Source of the DNA: Candidatus Latescibacterota bacterium
Lineage (GTDB): Bacteria; Latescibacterota; UBA2968
Assembly: GCA_965204375.1 (NCBI GenBank)
Contig: OZ241986.1
Span: forward strand, 5,952,001-6,016,000
DNA length: 64,000 nt
Direction: 5' to 3'
Shown: in pieces, positions 1 through 9,101 of the stretch
Layout: every line of letters begins with the position of its first letter
How positions within the stretch are numbered: the first letter of the stretch is position 1
Notes under the pieces: model-generated
What the model saw: the letters and a program-made list of their open reading frames with translations, nothing else
The model's database searches: none
What the model was told of the DNA's origin: nothing
Position numbers and translations under genes: made by a program

Positions 1-81
1 GATACGCCGAAATTTTACAATATATATTGCCTAATCCGAATTTTAAGTCTTTGTAAAGGTTCAAAATACAGGAGATTTCCC

Positions 82-1278
82 ATGCTCATGCGTTCCTTCC
101 TTGCGATGCTTTCACTGTCTGTGTTGGTGGCCGGTTCTGCTCTTGCACAGGGAGTGAGCCCCGAATCAGCGGAAAAGTACAATTCCGGACAGGAGTTATA
201 CAAAAAAAGACAGTATCAAAAAGCACTCGTAGCCTTTGAGGAAGCTGTAAAAATTGATGCCAAAAACGCGCAGGCATATCGCGCGATAGGCACGACATAT
301 CGAAAGCTTCGCAATTACACAAAGGCCATTGAAGCTTATCAAATGGCGACTTCGATTAAGTCGGATTACGCAGCCGCTTATTTTGAGATGGGCGAATTGC
401 AATTGCAGACCAAAGACTATACAGGTGCCCAGGCAAGTATGAAAAAGGTGCTGGCGATTGATCCCAATTTTGCCGACGGCAAAGCACGGGAAAGGTTAAA
501 GGTGGCTTATCTTCAAGAAGGCACTACATTGTTCAGGCGGCGCAATTACAAGGCAGCCGCGGCTCAGTATGAAAGTGCCACGCAAGTTGATCCTTCGGAT
601 GCGACCGTATTTTACAATTTGGGCCTGGCACATAGAAGTGCTCGCAGTGTAAATGCCGCGCGCGAAGCACTTGAAACAGCCATTGAACTGAATCCGAACT
701 ATGGCAAAGCTCATCGCGGTTTGGGCGATCTCTTCAGGGCGACCGGAAAAAATAGTAGCGCAGCAAGCGCGTACTTAAAGGCGATTCAAGCCGATGCCAA
801 AGATACGAGGTCTCGTTTGCACCTGGCAGCAGTCTATCAGGCGATGAAGCAAAATAGCAAAGCGATTTCCGTGCTTTCAAAAGCGGCACAGGTTGACCCC
901 AAAAATGCAGATGTTCACACAGCACTTGGCAAAGCCTATGCAGATGGCAGACAGTACACAAATGCTGTCGCTTCCTACAAAAGGGCGTTGGGGATTAAGA
1001 ATACTCCCGAGGCAAACTATCGGATAGCTGAACCCTATTTTGGACTCAAGCAATACCAAAATGCGATCAGGCACGCCAATAAAGCCGTGTCTTCGTCTAA
1101 ATGGAGAGTGCCCGCCAATGTCATTCTGGGTGATTGTTATCGAGAGCTTGGCCAAAAAGAAAGAGCGATTTCGCACTACAAAAAAGGGGTCTCTAATCGC
1201 CAATACAAGAAATATTGCGAAGACCAGATCGATCGCATCCTCAATCCAATGGGCGGTGGAGAAGAAGAGGCACAGTAA
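82..1278 (+). CDS. Secreted/periplasmic TPR-repeat protein
   Basis: Signal peptide (…GSALA-Q), ~10 TPR units (e.g. AYRAIGTTYRKLRNYTKAIEAYQMA), RBS AGGAG upstream. Confidence 0.9.
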   Translation: MLMRSFLAMLSLSVLVAGSALAQGVSPESAEKYNSGQELYKKRQYQKALVAFEEAVKIDAKNAQAYRAIGTTYRKLRNYTKAIEAYQMATSIKSDYAAAYFEMGELQLQTKDYTGAQASMKKVLAIDPNFADGKARERLKVAYLQEGTTLFRRRNYKAAAAQYESATQVDPSDATVFYNLGLAHRSARSVNAAREALETAIELNPNYGKAHRGLGDLFRATGKNSSAASAYLKAIQADAKDTRSRLHLAAVYQAMKQNSKAISVLSKAAQVDPKNADVHTALGKAYADGRQYTNAVASYKRALGIKNTPEANYRIAEPYFGLKQYQNAIRHANKAVSSSKWRVPANVILGDCYRELGQKERAISHYKKGVSNRQYKKYCEDQIDRILNPMGGGEEEAQ

Positions 1279-1305
1279 GTAGCGCGGTGATTTTTGATAA
1301 AAATA

Positions 1306-1335
1306 AAAAGGGACTCTTTGTGAGTCCCTTTTTTT
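1306..1335 (+). terminator. Rho-independent terminator
   Basis: AAAAGGGACTC-TTTGT-GAGTCCCTTTTTTT hairpin plus T run after the TPR gene. Confidence 0.8.
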
Positions 1336-1354
1336 GTAGGAGATACCTCCTTTT

Positions 1355-2506
1355 GTGAAAAAAGATACTTTTTTGTATATCAATGCCTTTTTAATGGATT
1401 GTTGTTTTGCCATTGTGGGCGTTTGCGTGCCATTGCACGCCCTGCATTTTGGTGCGACTTATGACGATCTCGGGCACATCAATGCCTGGGGGGCATTGGC
1501 TTATACTCTGACCAGTCTCGTGTCGGGACGTCTTGCAGATCGCCTGGGTTATCGTCTGGTTATGACTATTGGGTGTATTTTTCTCGCGCTGGCATTTGTG
1601 GGATATATCGGTGTCAATCGCATCTGGCATTTTGTTCTGCTTTCTGTGCTTACCGCTGTTGCTATTGCACATTATTGGCCTCCGATGCAAGCCTATCTTG
1701 GACGTGGGAAATCGCGAGACAGGCTGTTACCCGCGTTGGGGCGATTCAATGTGGCGTGGACATTGGGAGTGTGTATTGGTCCGGCCGCAGGTGGTGAGTT
1801 GTTTGAATTCCACCCTTTTAGCGGATTTATTCTGGGCGGCTTTTTGGTCGTTCTGCTATTTGTCGGTCTGCTCGTTGTCCCGATTTTGGAATCGGAGTCT
1901 GATGTTGCGGATAGACGGACGGTTGCCGCAACGTCGGGATATTTTTTTCCGCTCGCTTTGCTGGCTAATTTTGCAACGTTTTTTGCGATTGGGCTTATAC
2001 GTGCGCTATTTCCAAAACTGGCGACAGACCTCGACATTTCACCGAGTTTGCTGGGGTATTTGCTCGCGCTGATCGCTGTGACCCAACTTGCGGTTTTTTA
2101 TTTTATGTCGCGGACAAATCGATGGCAATTTCGCCTTTCACCCATTATTTTTGCTCAGCTTTTGGCCGCTTTTGGTCTCGGTTTGATCGGGATAGGTACA
2201 AAGCCGATTGTTTTTGCCTGTGGTTTTTTGCTGTTGGGTGTGCTGATTGGGGTGACGTTTACAGCGAGTATTTTTTACAGTTTATACGCCGAGGGGCCAG
2301 GTGGCCGTCGCACGGGTATTCACGAAGCGATTGTGGGGAGTGGATTTTTATTTGGTCCGCTTCTCGGCGGCCTTGTTGCAGAGCATTTCAATGCGCGATT
2401 GCCCTATTTGATGGGTAGTATGGTTATTCTGATGACGATTGGTATTCAGTTGTTTATCCACAAAATGAATGCTCCCCTGGAGGATGAATTTGAAAAAGCG
2501 TTTTAG
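1355..2506 (+). CDS. MFS transporter
   Basis: ~12 hydrophobic segments, MFS motif A GRLADRLGYR; GTG start after AGGAG. Confidence 0.85.
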   Translation: MKKDTFLYINAFLMDCCFAIVGVCVPLHALHFGATYDDLGHINAWGALAYTLTSLVSGRLADRLGYRLVMTIGCIFLALAFVGYIGVNRIWHFVLLSVLTAVAIAHYWPPMQAYLGRGKSRDRLLPALGRFNVAWTLGVCIGPAAGGELFEFHPFSGFILGGFLVVLLFVGLLVVPILESESDVADRRTVAATSGYFFPLALLANFATFFAIGLIRALFPKLATDLDISPSLLGYLLALIAVTQLAVFYFMSRTNRWQFRLSPIIFAQLLAAFGLGLIGIGTKPIVFACGFLLLGVLIGVTFTASIFYSLYAEGPGGRRTGIHEAIVGSGFLFGPLLGGLVAEHFNARLPYLMGSMVILMTIGIQLFIHKMNAPLEDEFEKAF

Positions 2507-3134
2507 TAAAGCCGAGAAAGCCGAAAAAATTGCCGAGATTTTGAACGAGTTGTATCCCGATCCCGAAGGATCGCTGAGACACGGGAGTGCCTATACCTTG
2601 CTGGTCGCCGTGTTGTTGTCGGCACAGTGTACCGATGTGCGGGTCAATCAGGTGACGCCCGTTCTGTTTGCAAGGGCAGATACGCCAGAGAAAATGATTG
2701 CGCTGTCGGTTGAAGAAATCGAAGGCATTATCCGTCCGTGTGGGTTGGCGCCTCGCAAAGCGCAGGCGATTTTCGATTTGTCCCGTATTTTGCTGGATGA
2801 ACACGATGGCGAGGTGCCCCAATCTTATGAGGGTTTGGAAGCATTGCCCGGCGTGGGACACAAGACGGCGTCGGTGGTGATGGCTCAGGCTTTTGGCGTG
2901 CCAGCATTTCCCGTGGATACGCATATTCACCGTCTCGCCTATCGATGGGGATTGTCCAATGGCAAAAATGTGGTGCAGACCGAGCGCGATTTGAAACGCA
3001 TTTTCCCCGCGGAAATTTGGAATAAGTTGCATTTGCAGATTATTTTTTTTGGACGAGAATATTGCCCTGCGAGAGGGCATGACCCCCATCAATGCCGCAT
3101 TTGTAGTGTGTATGGACGCAGGAGTTTGCTTTGA
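2490..3134 (+). CDS. nth: Endonuclease III
   Basis: LLVAVLLSAQCTD, HhH LPGVGHKTA, VDTH, C-terminal Cys cluster; start probably TTG 2490 after GGAGG (ORF track 2469). Confidence 0.93.
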   Translation: MKKRFSKAEKAEKIAEILNELYPDPEGSLRHGSAYTLLVAVLLSAQCTDVRVNQVTPVLFARADTPEKMIALSVEEIEGIIRPCGLAPRKAQAIFDLSRILLDEHDGEVPQSYEGLEALPGVGHKTASVVMAQAFGVPAFPVDTHIHRLAYRWGLSNGKNVVQTERDLKRIFPAEIWNKLHLQIIFFGREYCPARGHDPHQCRICSVYGRRSLL

Positions 3135-3150
3135 AAGATTGGAGGTGGAA

Positions 3151-4290
3151 GTGAAGATTCGAGCGATTGCGATTTCGGTTTTTGAGTTGCCTGCCAATAC
3201 GGGTCGATTTCGGATGGAACAAACCGGTCAGGGTGCCCGCAAGCGATGGGCAAAGCGGGGTACGGGTAAGTCGGCAGAGCATATACACGTTTTGCATGTG
3301 AAGACCGACGAAGACATCGAAGGGGTATGTACGGTGGGGGATGCGCGGTACACGACGATGCGCTCTGAAGATCTGGAGCAATTGCGGTTGCTGGCGATTG
3401 GCGAAGATCCATTTGATCGGGAGCGGCTCGCGCAAAAATTACACAAAGCGACACGCGGCATGTTCACGCGACCCGGATGGTTTGGTGCTTTTGACAATTG
3501 TTTGTGGGATATTGCTGGGAAGGTTGCGGGGCTGCCCATTCACGGTCTGATTGGTCGGGCGCGGTCTCGTTGTGCGGCTTATTACAATTTTAGAAGTGGC
3601 TCAAAAGAAGAGGCTGTAGCCGATGCAACAAAGGCAGTGGAACGGGGTTTTTTAGCTGTAAAAGATCACTTTGGGGGTACGGCAGATGAAAATATCGCGT
3701 GTTTTCACGCTGTGCGCGATGCGGTGGGAGGTGATGTCGATATTTTGCACGATGCCGCGGGATGTGATTATACGTTGCAAGATGCAATTCGGGTGGGTAA
3801 GACTCTAGAGGCGTTGCGGTTTGGATGGTTTGAAGAGCCTTTGGCAGATCGAGATCAAAAGAACTTGCAGCGTTTGTGCGATGCGCTGGATATTCCCATT
3901 TTGGCGCCTGAGACTTTGATGCACGATGTAGATTTGAGCGCGCAATGGATTATTTCCGGGGCAACGGATGCCCTGCGCGCCAATGCGCGGCTGGGGACAA
4001 CTCCGACGTTGAAGTTGGCACATTTGGCGGAGATGCACGGTGCAAATATTGAATTTAATGGACCGGGTGGGTTATTTGGGCTGGTGCATGCACATCTGGT
4101 TTGTGCCATATCGAATACGAGTTATTATGAGTTTTTCCCCGGAGGCTCCCGGGATGTGCGCGGTCGTGAGATTGGGTTGCTCAATCCACCATTGCCCGAG
4201 AATGGTCATATTACACCGCCCAATAGTCCCGGATGGGGTGCCGAATGGGATTGGGAATTTTTTGAGAAGAAGCGGATTGGGGAGTTGTGA
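3151..4290 (+). CDS. Mandelate racemase/muconate lactonizing (enolase superfamily) enzyme
   Basis: DNCLWDIAGK, KDH, WFEEP motifs; GTG at 3151 after GGAGG. Confidence 0.85.
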   Translation: MKIRAIAISVFELPANTGRFRMEQTGQGARKRWAKRGTGKSAEHIHVLHVKTDEDIEGVCTVGDARYTTMRSEDLEQLRLLAIGEDPFDRERLAQKLHKATRGMFTRPGWFGAFDNCLWDIAGKVAGLPIHGLIGRARSRCAAYYNFRSGSKEEAVADATKAVERGFLAVKDHFGGTADENIACFHAVRDAVGGDVDILHDAAGCDYTLQDAIRVGKTLEALRFGWFEEPLADRDQKNLQRLCDALDIPILAPETLMHDVDLSAQWIISGATDALRANARLGTTPTLKLAHLAEMHGANIEFNGPGGLFGLVHAHLVCAISNTSYYEFFPGGSRDVRGREIGLLNPPLPENGHITPPNSPGWGAEWDWEFFEKKRIGEL

Positions 4291-4368
4291 TCCGCAGATG
4301 GACGCAGATGAATGCAGATAAAAAAGAGGGGCTGGGAGTTGGTTGGGTGGACTGACAACTGACAACTA
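4291..4368. repeat. Degenerate intergenic repeats (3x ~10-bp GCAGAT unit; 7-bp ACTGACA tandem)
   Basis: CGCAGATG-GACGCAGATG-AATGCAGATA, then ACTGACAACTGACAACT; the right part has an inverted homologue at 14760-14815. Confidence 0.6.
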
Positions 4369-4380
4369 AAAGGAGATTTT

Positions 4381-5625
4381 ATGGCTTCTGATAAACCAAA
4401 TATTGTTCTGATTTTGTCCGATGATTTGGGATATGAATGCCTGGGGTGTTATGGGGGTGAATCGTATCAAACTCCTGTGCTGGATGGGTTGAGCAAGGAG
4501 GGAATGCGTTTTGACCATGCGTATGTCCTGCCGTTGTGTACGCCGACGCGGTTACAGTTGATGACGGGTAAATACAATTTTCGCAACTGGAGAGCCTTTG
4601 GCGTGATGGACCTCCAGGAGCGCACTTTTGGGCATTTGATGAAGGAGGCTGGGTACAAAACGTGTATTTCGGGTAAATGGCAAATGTATAGCTATAATCC
4701 GCCGGATTTTGAGCCTGAGTGGCGCGGTAAGGGGCAATTGGCGGAAGATTCGGGTTTTGACGAGTATTGTTTGTGGCATACGGAACATACCGAGGATAAG
4801 GGGTCGCGGTATGCCGATCCGGTGATTCAGCAAAATGGAGCGTATTTGGAGGATACAGAGGGCAAGTACGGTCCGGATATTTTTACGGCTTATATTTGTG
4901 ATTATATCGAGCGACACAAGGATGAGCCGTTTTTTGTTTATTATCCCATGGCGCTGACACACGGCCCGTTTGAACCCACGCCCCATAGTGAAATATGGTC
5001 GGAAAACCGACACGATAGCGATGTGAAGTATTTTAAAGATATGGTTGAGTATATGGATGTGGTGATTGGGCGGATTGTGGATAAATTGGATGAACTCGGT
5101 TTGAGAGAGAATACCTTGCTTTTGTTTATTGGCGATAATGGTTCGCCCCGTCAGGTGACTTCTATTATTAATGGCCGCGAGTTCCAGGGAGGAAAGGGTC
5201 TTTCGACTGATGCGGGTACGCGGGTGCCATTTGTCGCGAGTTGGCCGGGTACGATTCCACCGGGGTCTGTGTGTGATGATTTGATCGATTGTAGCGATTT
5301 TGTGCCGTTGATGATGGATATGGCTGGCACGCCTTTGCCCGAGGACGATGTGTTTGATGGGGTGTCATTTTTGCCGCAGTTAAAGGGCGAGGCGGGAACG
5401 CCGCGCGAGTGGATTTTTGCCCATCACGATCCCCTGCCCGGATGGGGTAAGGAGGGGTACTATTTAAAGCGATGGGCACAGGATAAACGCTGGAAGCTCT
5501 ACGATACGGGCGATTTGTACGATGTTGCAGCAGATGAGTTGGAAGAACATCCAATTGTCGATGGAGGCGCAGAAGCAGAGGTAGCGCGACAAAAATTACA
5601 GCCTGTGCTGGATCGGATGAAGTAA
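4381..5625 (+). CDS. Arylsulfatase-family sulfatase (Cys type)
   Basis: KPNIVLILSDDLG, CTPTR formylglycine motif, GKW, GDNG. Confidence 0.92.
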   Translation: MASDKPNIVLILSDDLGYECLGCYGGESYQTPVLDGLSKEGMRFDHAYVLPLCTPTRLQLMTGKYNFRNWRAFGVMDLQERTFGHLMKEAGYKTCISGKWQMYSYNPPDFEPEWRGKGQLAEDSGFDEYCLWHTEHTEDKGSRYADPVIQQNGAYLEDTEGKYGPDIFTAYICDYIERHKDEPFFVYYPMALTHGPFEPTPHSEIWSENRHDSDVKYFKDMVEYMDVVIGRIVDKLDELGLRENTLLLFIGDNGSPRQVTSIINGREFQGGKGLSTDAGTRVPFVASWPGTIPPGSVCDDLIDCSDFVPLMMDMAGTPLPEDDVFDGVSFLPQLKGEAGTPREWIFAHHDPLPGWGKEGYYLKRWAQDKRWKLYDTGDLYDVAADELEEHPIVDGGAEAEVARQKLQPVLDRMK

Positions 5626-5653
5626 GCGCGTTTGTTTCGCCGATATTTCCGAC

Positions 5654-5687
5654 TTGACACATTTTGTGTACAGCGATAAAATTACAC
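5654..5687 (+). promoter_or_regulatory. Sigma70-type promoter of the ATPase-helicase operon with overlapping inverted repeats
   Basis: TTGACA(5654)-N17-TAAAAT(5677); ACACA-TTT-TGTGT and GTGTA…TACAC dyads overlap it. Confidence 0.75.
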
Positions 5688-5729
5688 GCGATCGGAAATC
5701 ACTTACATCCAAAACAGAAGGTAATCAAA

Positions 5730-6587
5730 ATGGTAGATCGAGAAGAATTTCTCGAGCAAATGCAAGAGAAATTGACAGACGTGGTCAGGCCCTATCAACA
5801 GCAGCAAAACCGCCGTCAGCGAATGGCCGATTTTGTGAAACAGTGCATCCGCAGTGCCGGGCGAAATGACTTTTTTCAACTCGACGAATTGCTCAAGTCC
5901 AAAATGGCGCGGGATGTGGAAGAAGAAGTGGGACTAAAGGACGGTGCAGAGTTTTTAGATCAATTGCGTACTTATGCGGATGAACAGGTGGAGCGATACC
6001 GAATCCAATTTATAGAAGATCTGACGACATTGGCGCGTGAAGCGGAACTTCCAATAGAGGTCGATTTTCCGCGTATTGAGGTGCTCAAAGGCATAGAGGG
6101 AGATGTTGACTTTGCACAGCGGAAAACTGTGATCAATAAAAAAATCCTGAAATCCGTTGATCCAAAGCGCATCATTACTGCTCTCCGCAGGGTAAAGCAG
6201 CAACTCTATGACCGCCCTTATGATCCACAGGTGTTTATTGATGAGTTGTATAACGCATACATGGAAATTCTAAAAAAAGAGGCGCAAGAAATAGGCCACC
6301 CGGTCCCCATGCAGCAGTTGTACCTGGAATATGTGCTATCTCTTCAGAGCCGGACATTTTTTCAGGACATGGATAAGGGAAAATTTCGAGGGTATAGTCT
6401 GGATCAATTTGCGGTTGATTTATGGCGTTATTTTCAAGCCGGTATTGGGGGCACTTCAGATGGCTATGCCGTGCAGCTAAGACCGGGGCGGAACAATGCG
6501 CTATGGCTTATTGACAGCGATGGAGAGCGGCGACAGATTACGCGCATTTCTTTTTTGAACAAGCGCGAGAAAGGGCCTGAAAAATGA
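5730..6587 (+). CDS. Hypothetical protein, first gene of the candidate defence operon
   Basis: ATG 5730 after GAAGGT; helical N-terminus, no recognised motif; its stop overlaps the next start (ATGA). Confidence 0.8.
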   Translation: MVDREEFLEQMQEKLTDVVRPYQQQQNRRQRMADFVKQCIRSAGRNDFFQLDELLKSKMARDVEEEVGLKDGAEFLDQLRTYADEQVERYRIQFIEDLTTLAREAELPIEVDFPRIEVLKGIEGDVDFAQRKTVINKKILKSVDPKRIITALRRVKQQLYDRPYDPQVFIDELYNAYMEILKKEAQEIGHPVPMQQLYLEYVLSLQSRTFFQDMDKGKFRGYSLDQFAVDLWRYFQAGIGGTSDGYAVQLRPGRNNALWLIDSDGERRQITRISFLNKREKGPEK

Positions 6588-7879
6588 CACTGCAAGCTCT
6601 GGAGCAACTCAAACCCTTTGAGGCGCGGGCCATTATTGAAGATCTCCGCAAAGGCAGCGTGCCGATTGATTACGTGCCCTTTTTTAGTGTGGGGCGTCAG
6701 AACTGGTTAAAATTTATCGAAGAAGACCTGGATAACTACATCGCCGAAGGGGGCGCGAAGGTTCGCTTTATCAACGGAGACTACGGCGATGGCAAAACGC
6801 ATTTTATGTCGGTTATCAGGCACCTCGCGCTTGAAAAAAAGTTCGCCGTGTCTTTTGTGGTGCTCACGCGCGAAGTGCCCATACACAAATTTGAGATTGT
6901 CTATCAAACCATCGCGCGCCAGCTCTGCGGTTCTTTTGAAGGCGTAGGTATCCGCCAATTCGTGGATGATTGGGTCGAAAATCTGAAAGCCGATCTGACA
7001 GATGATGCACCTCTCGAAGAACAACTCTTCTCTGTGGGGGAAAGCCTGCGTGCGCTTTCTGGGATGGATCTCAATTTTGCCAATGCGCTGATCGGGTTGG
7101 CAGACAATCGCCTCAGACCGCTCGAAGCAGGTGAAGACGAAGAGGCGCGTGCATATCAGCGGGAAATTCTCTACCAGTGGTTTGAAGGCGTGCGGGTGAG
7201 CAAGCGAGAACTCAAACCGTTCCAGATTTTTGAAGCCCTCGATAAGACCAACAGCAAGCGATTTCTGACCTCGCTCATTGTCTTTTTGCGGCATCTCAAC
7301 TACAAGGGCCTCGTGCTGTTGATGGACGAATTGGAAACCGTAATCGCCCAATCGACAACCATTCGCAATGCGTCTTATGAAAATGTCCGCTTGCTGATCG
7401 ACAATGCCGAGCAAGCGTCTTATTTGCACATTTTTATGTCCATTATTCCCGATGTGACGCTCTCGGAAAAGGGATTTAAGTCCTACGACGCGCTGTGGAG
7501 TCGCGTGCGTTCTATTGGCGAAAACAAACGGCTGAATTACCGCAGCGTGTTGGTTGATCTTCACAGAACGCCTTTGGAAACCAGCGAACTGGTCAATCTG
7601 GGGCTTTGCCTGAAACGCATTCACGAACTGTCCTACCGATGGGATGCCCAGGAACAGGTCGGCGAAGATTTGTTAAACAAAATGTGTGTCGCTCAAAAGC
7701 GCATGGGGCTTTTAAGCGAGGTCCGGCTCTATATCAAGCAAGTCATTCGCATACTCGACATGGCCGAGCAAGGTGTGCCGCCAGACGAAGATATGGATAT
7801 GGCCGAGCAACTCGTGGTCAGCCAGCGAGAAATGGAGCAAGAAAAAGTTGAACAACTTCAACCGACGTGGGATGCCTGA
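6584..7879 (+). CDS. DUF2791/BrxD-like P-loop ATPase (copy 1)
   Basis: N-terminal 'IIEDLRKGSVP…VGR', Walker A GDYGDGKT, Walker B VLLMDE, 'SYDALWSR' family motif. Confidence 0.85.
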   Translation: MTLQALEQLKPFEARAIIEDLRKGSVPIDYVPFFSVGRQNWLKFIEEDLDNYIAEGGAKVRFINGDYGDGKTHFMSVIRHLALEKKFAVSFVVLTREVPIHKFEIVYQTIARQLCGSFEGVGIRQFVDDWVENLKADLTDDAPLEEQLFSVGESLRALSGMDLNFANALIGLADNRLRPLEAGEDEEARAYQREILYQWFEGVRVSKRELKPFQIFEALDKTNSKRFLTSLIVFLRHLNYKGLVLLMDELETVIAQSTTIRNASYENVRLLIDNAEQASYLHIFMSIIPDVTLSEKGFKSYDALWSRVRSIGENKRLNYRSVLVDLHRTPLETSELVNLGLCLKRIHELSYRWDAQEQVGEDLLNKMCVAQKRMGLLSEVRLYIKQVIRILDMAEQGVPPDEDMDMAEQLVVSQREMEQEKVEQLQPTWDA

Positions 7880-9096
7880 TGACCTCTCTCCAAACGCGAT
7901 CCAATGAAACGGCATTCCACCTTCGGCGTGCCATAGAACGCCTGCGAGAAGGACTTTTTGATCCTGTTGCGGTTCGTCTGCTCACAGCCCGCGAAAGCCA
8001 TCTAAAAAAAATCATTGACCGCGATTTTCAACAACTCGGCCAGAATAAGCCAACCCATCTGTGCATCTGTGGGGCTTATGGGCAGGGCAAATCGCACAGT
8101 TTGAATTACATCCACGATCTGGCCCTGCGCGAAAATTTTGTAACCACCTTCATCAATTTAGATCCTCGAGAGATTCCCTTTCACGATATGCGACGGGTCT
8201 ATCAAGCACTCATTGCCCATCTAAAATTTCCAGATGTGGACACCGCATTGGCAGCGCGATGGCGCGCCTGGGCAAGTGACCTATCACGCGAAGACTTTGA
8301 GGACCGAGTCGCGCCGCTTTTGCAGCGGGAAATGCCGCACCTGTTCCGATCTGTCCTGACCGCGATGGCTCAAAAAACAATCTCCCTTTCAAAGCGACAG
8401 CGCGGCACTAAAAAACACGCGGCATACCGCCCGCGCGAATTTCCCTACCTGCTTTCCCGCGCACTTTCAGGTGATGTGGTGCCAGTCTATCGCTTGCGCC
8501 ACGCGCTCAAATACCGACAGGTTGATTTTTACAATGATACATCGCTCACCTGTAAAGGTGCAGAACCCTACCTGCAAGTAATTCGCGGATTGGGGCGGCT
8601 TTTTCAATTGATGGGCTACCGCGGATGGGTGTTGCTGTTTGATGAGGGAGAATCGATCTCTCAAGTGCGCGTGACCAGCCGCAGTCGCAGTTATCAGAAT
8701 TTGGATCAGATGCTTTTCTCCGCCGTTCCATCCGCATCTATTTATCCGGTTTTTGCTTTTACAGACGACTTTTTTCAAAAAGTGGATGAAGAAGAATACG
8801 ACCGGGTGCGAATCCGCAATGAAGAGGAAATTCCGTATTTTGAGAAAGATTACGCCAGTGCATGGACAGATATGAAACGCTATCTACTTCACGATTTGTC
8901 TGCAAAAGAGTGGCACGCGTTGATCGAGAAGTTGATGCACTTACATGCTAAAGCCTATCAATGGCAGCCACTCAAGGCCGCTGTGCGGCGCGAAATGACC
9001 CGGCGATTATCTCGCATGCAAGGGCAGGAGACGCGCTATCGACTCAAAGGTCTGGTCGATGAATTAGACCTCGCCCATCAAGCTCAAATTTCGTAA
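7879..9096 (+). CDS. DUF2791/BrxD-like P-loop ATPase (copy 2)
   Basis: 'AIERLREG', Walker A GAYGQGKS, Walker B VLLFDE; TGATG coupling to the upstream gene. Confidence 0.82.
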   Translation: MTSLQTRSNETAFHLRRAIERLREGLFDPVAVRLLTARESHLKKIIDRDFQQLGQNKPTHLCICGAYGQGKSHSLNYIHDLALRENFVTTFINLDPREIPFHDMRRVYQALIAHLKFPDVDTALAARWRAWASDLSREDFEDRVAPLLQREMPHLFRSVLTAMAQKTISLSKRQRGTKKHAAYRPREFPYLLSRALSGDVVPVYRLRHALKYRQVDFYNDTSLTCKGAEPYLQVIRGLGRLFQLMGYRGWVLLFDEGESISQVRVTSRSRSYQNLDQMLFSAVPSASIYPVFAFTDDFFQKVDEEEYDRVRIRNEEEIPYFEKDYASAWTDMKRYLLHDLSAKEWHALIEKLMHLHAKAYQWQPLKAAVRREMTRRLSRMQGQETRYRLKGLVDELDLAHQAQIS

Positions 9097-9101
9097 CCTC
9101 C

